This document shows, one piece after another, positions 62,614 to 64,000 of a stretch of 64,000 bases of DNA. The DNA lies in contig NC_091289.1 of the NCBI RefSeq assembly GCF_032444005.1, positions 30,256,001 through 30,320,000 of the forward strand, read 5' to 3'. The notes beneath the pieces are model-generated. The model saw only the letters and a list, made by a program, of their open reading frames with translations. It did not search any database and was not told the DNA's origin. A program made the position numbers and the translations under genes. The number at the start of each line of letters is the position of its first letter. Position 1 is the stretch's first letter. Origin of the DNA: Ranitomeya imitator. Its lineage: Eukaryota.

Positions 62614-62800
62614 GTTTTGCGCCTGCGCGCTTCAGACCTGGACCCGTTGAAGCGCGCAGGCGCGAAACGGCCGTCGTCCTCTTGCCTCCTCCTGCACCTC
62701 TCTCCTTACCAAGCCGCCTCTCCACTATATGTCTGTGAGTGTATGCTCTGAATAAAGGACATTTTCATACAGCAACATCGGGTGAGTGCCACTTCATTCT
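62614..62800 (+). mobile_element. Penelope-like element end with a short 5' inverted duplication
   Basis: 62614-62634 is the reverse complement of 62648-62668; hammerhead-like motif, then aataaa (62751) and ggtgagtgcc (about 62781). Confidence 0.6.
62640..62679 (+). ncRNA. Degenerate minimal type I hammerhead-like motif
   Basis: ggac-CCGTTGA-a-gcgc-gcag-gcgc-GAAA-C-ggcc-G-TC-gtcc: stems I and II perfect, palindromic GGCC loop, GUC triplet; core differs from CUGANGA at positions 4 and 6. Confidence 0.55.
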
Positions 62801-63406
62801 TCTTCATTTTTGGCTTTAAATATTATACTTACCAGTTTAATGTCACAGATGCATTTTTGTAATACAGTATGTGGATTTAATCGGTGACGTCAAGTTACAC
62901 AAGGGAGCCGGTTAGTAGGGCAGAGGAGTCGCGGCCGCAGAGGATTGTGTGCCAAACCTACTATTAAGCGCCATCTGTGCCCTGCTCTGTAGAGAGCCGT
63001 TCTTGTACCGTGTCATATACAAAAGCAGCTAAAACACATTATCAGACTTGGAGGCCGTGCTCAGATTTCTAACGCAGCAGTAGAGCTGGAACACATGTTC
63101 GAGAGAAACTTAACCCAAAAACAGAAATCTTAGTTGCAACCAATATGGCCGACACTTTGGTTCCAGCTGTTTGGCCAATTAACTTTTTTTTTATGCTGTA
63201 TTCCTACAGGATTGTACAAACGCTGGCTAGCTGCTATGGTAGCCATTGTCCTTTATGATACAATGGGCCTAATTTATGAGAAACCATGATAACAGTTCCT
63301 GTTACCCATAGCAACCAATCAAAGATCAGCTTTCATTTCGTTGCTCTAGAAAAATGAAATCTGCACTATGATTGGTTGTAACGTAAAGTTTTTGCCAATT
63401 TATTAT

Positions 63407-63560
63407 NNNNNNNNNNNNNNNNNNNNNNNNNNNNNNNNNNNNNNNNNNNNNNNNNNNNNNNNNNNNNNNNNNNNNNNNNNNNNNNNNNNNNNNNNNNNNN
63501 NNNNNNNNNNNNNNNNNNNNNNNNNNNNNNNNNNNNNNNNNNNNNNNNNNNNNNNNNNNN
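63407..63560. other. Assembly gap (N run)
   Basis: Covers an ABHD6 donor site. Confidence 1.
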
Positions 63561-63710
63561 GGATCTTGAATCGGACGTATGAACAAAGCTTCAGCATTTG
63601 CTCCATTTCTTCTGCAGTTGACGGAATGAGGGGAATTTTTTCATCATTGCCAGATTCCTTTATATCTTGCAGCTGTTTTAGAAATTTACTATCTGTAGGA
63701 TACTGCAAAC
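63561..63710 (-). CDS. ABHD6: ABHD6 coding exon (LQYPTDSKFLKQLQDIKESGNDEKIPLIPSTAEEMEQMLKLCSYVRFKI), 3' end lost in an N gap
   Basis: Matches human LQYSTDNQFVQRLKELQGSAAVEKIPLIPSTPEEMSEMLQLCSYVRFKV; acceptor at 63712-63711; donor falls in the gap. Confidence 0.93.
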
Positions 63711-63820
63711 CTAGTTATGGGGGAAAAAAAACCCAGGATAAAGCAATCAATTTGACGCTGAAAATTGTAAGTCAGAATTATGCATCACAGTTTAGTAAAC
63801 ACTTTAAAATGGGTTAAACA

Positions 63821-63956
63821 NNNNNNNNNNNNNNNNNNNNNNNNNNNNNNNNNNNNNNNNNNNNNNNNNNNNNNNNNNNNNNNNNNNNNNNNNNNNNNNN
63901 NNNNNNNNNNNNNNNNNNNNNNNNNNNNNNNNNNNNNNNNNNNNNNNNNNNNNNNN
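63821..63956. other. Assembly gap (N run)
   Basis: N run. Confidence 1.
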
Positions 63957-64000
63957 TAAAAAGAATCTGTTTAACCCATTTTCCAGTCTTCGGGGGACAT

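Overview
Vertebrate genomic DNA, most likely a frog (inferred from the repeat families present). It carries the conserved ABHD6 - RPP14/HTD2 - PXK block, all on the minus strand. Readable genes: the last four coding exons of ABHD6 (63710-56314); the complete 5-exon RPP14 CDS (30485-28899, 129 aa), with the intronless HTD2 ORF (28886-28395, 163 aa) starting 12 nt after the RPP14 stop, in the same exon and frame; and the first four coding exons of PXK (24018-1802, gene runs off the window start). Between ABHD6 and RPP14 is a chain of strong minus-strand splice signals. It builds a candidate unannotated micro-exon gene starting MGCGPS (myristoylation/palmitoylation-type N-terminus; exons 50664-50637, 50559-50538, 49794-49777). 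The rest is about 15 kb of minisatellites, three decayed Tc1/mariner elements, a solo LTR, many hAT, PIF/Harbinger and T2/Kolobok-type MITEs (several nested, with visible TSDs), a CR1 tail, two Penelope-like remnants with degenerate hammerhead motifs, and four short N gaps. Nearly all long ORFs in the supplied track are repeat artefacts. Gene identities rest on recalled similarity to the human proteins and on exon phases; no database search was run.
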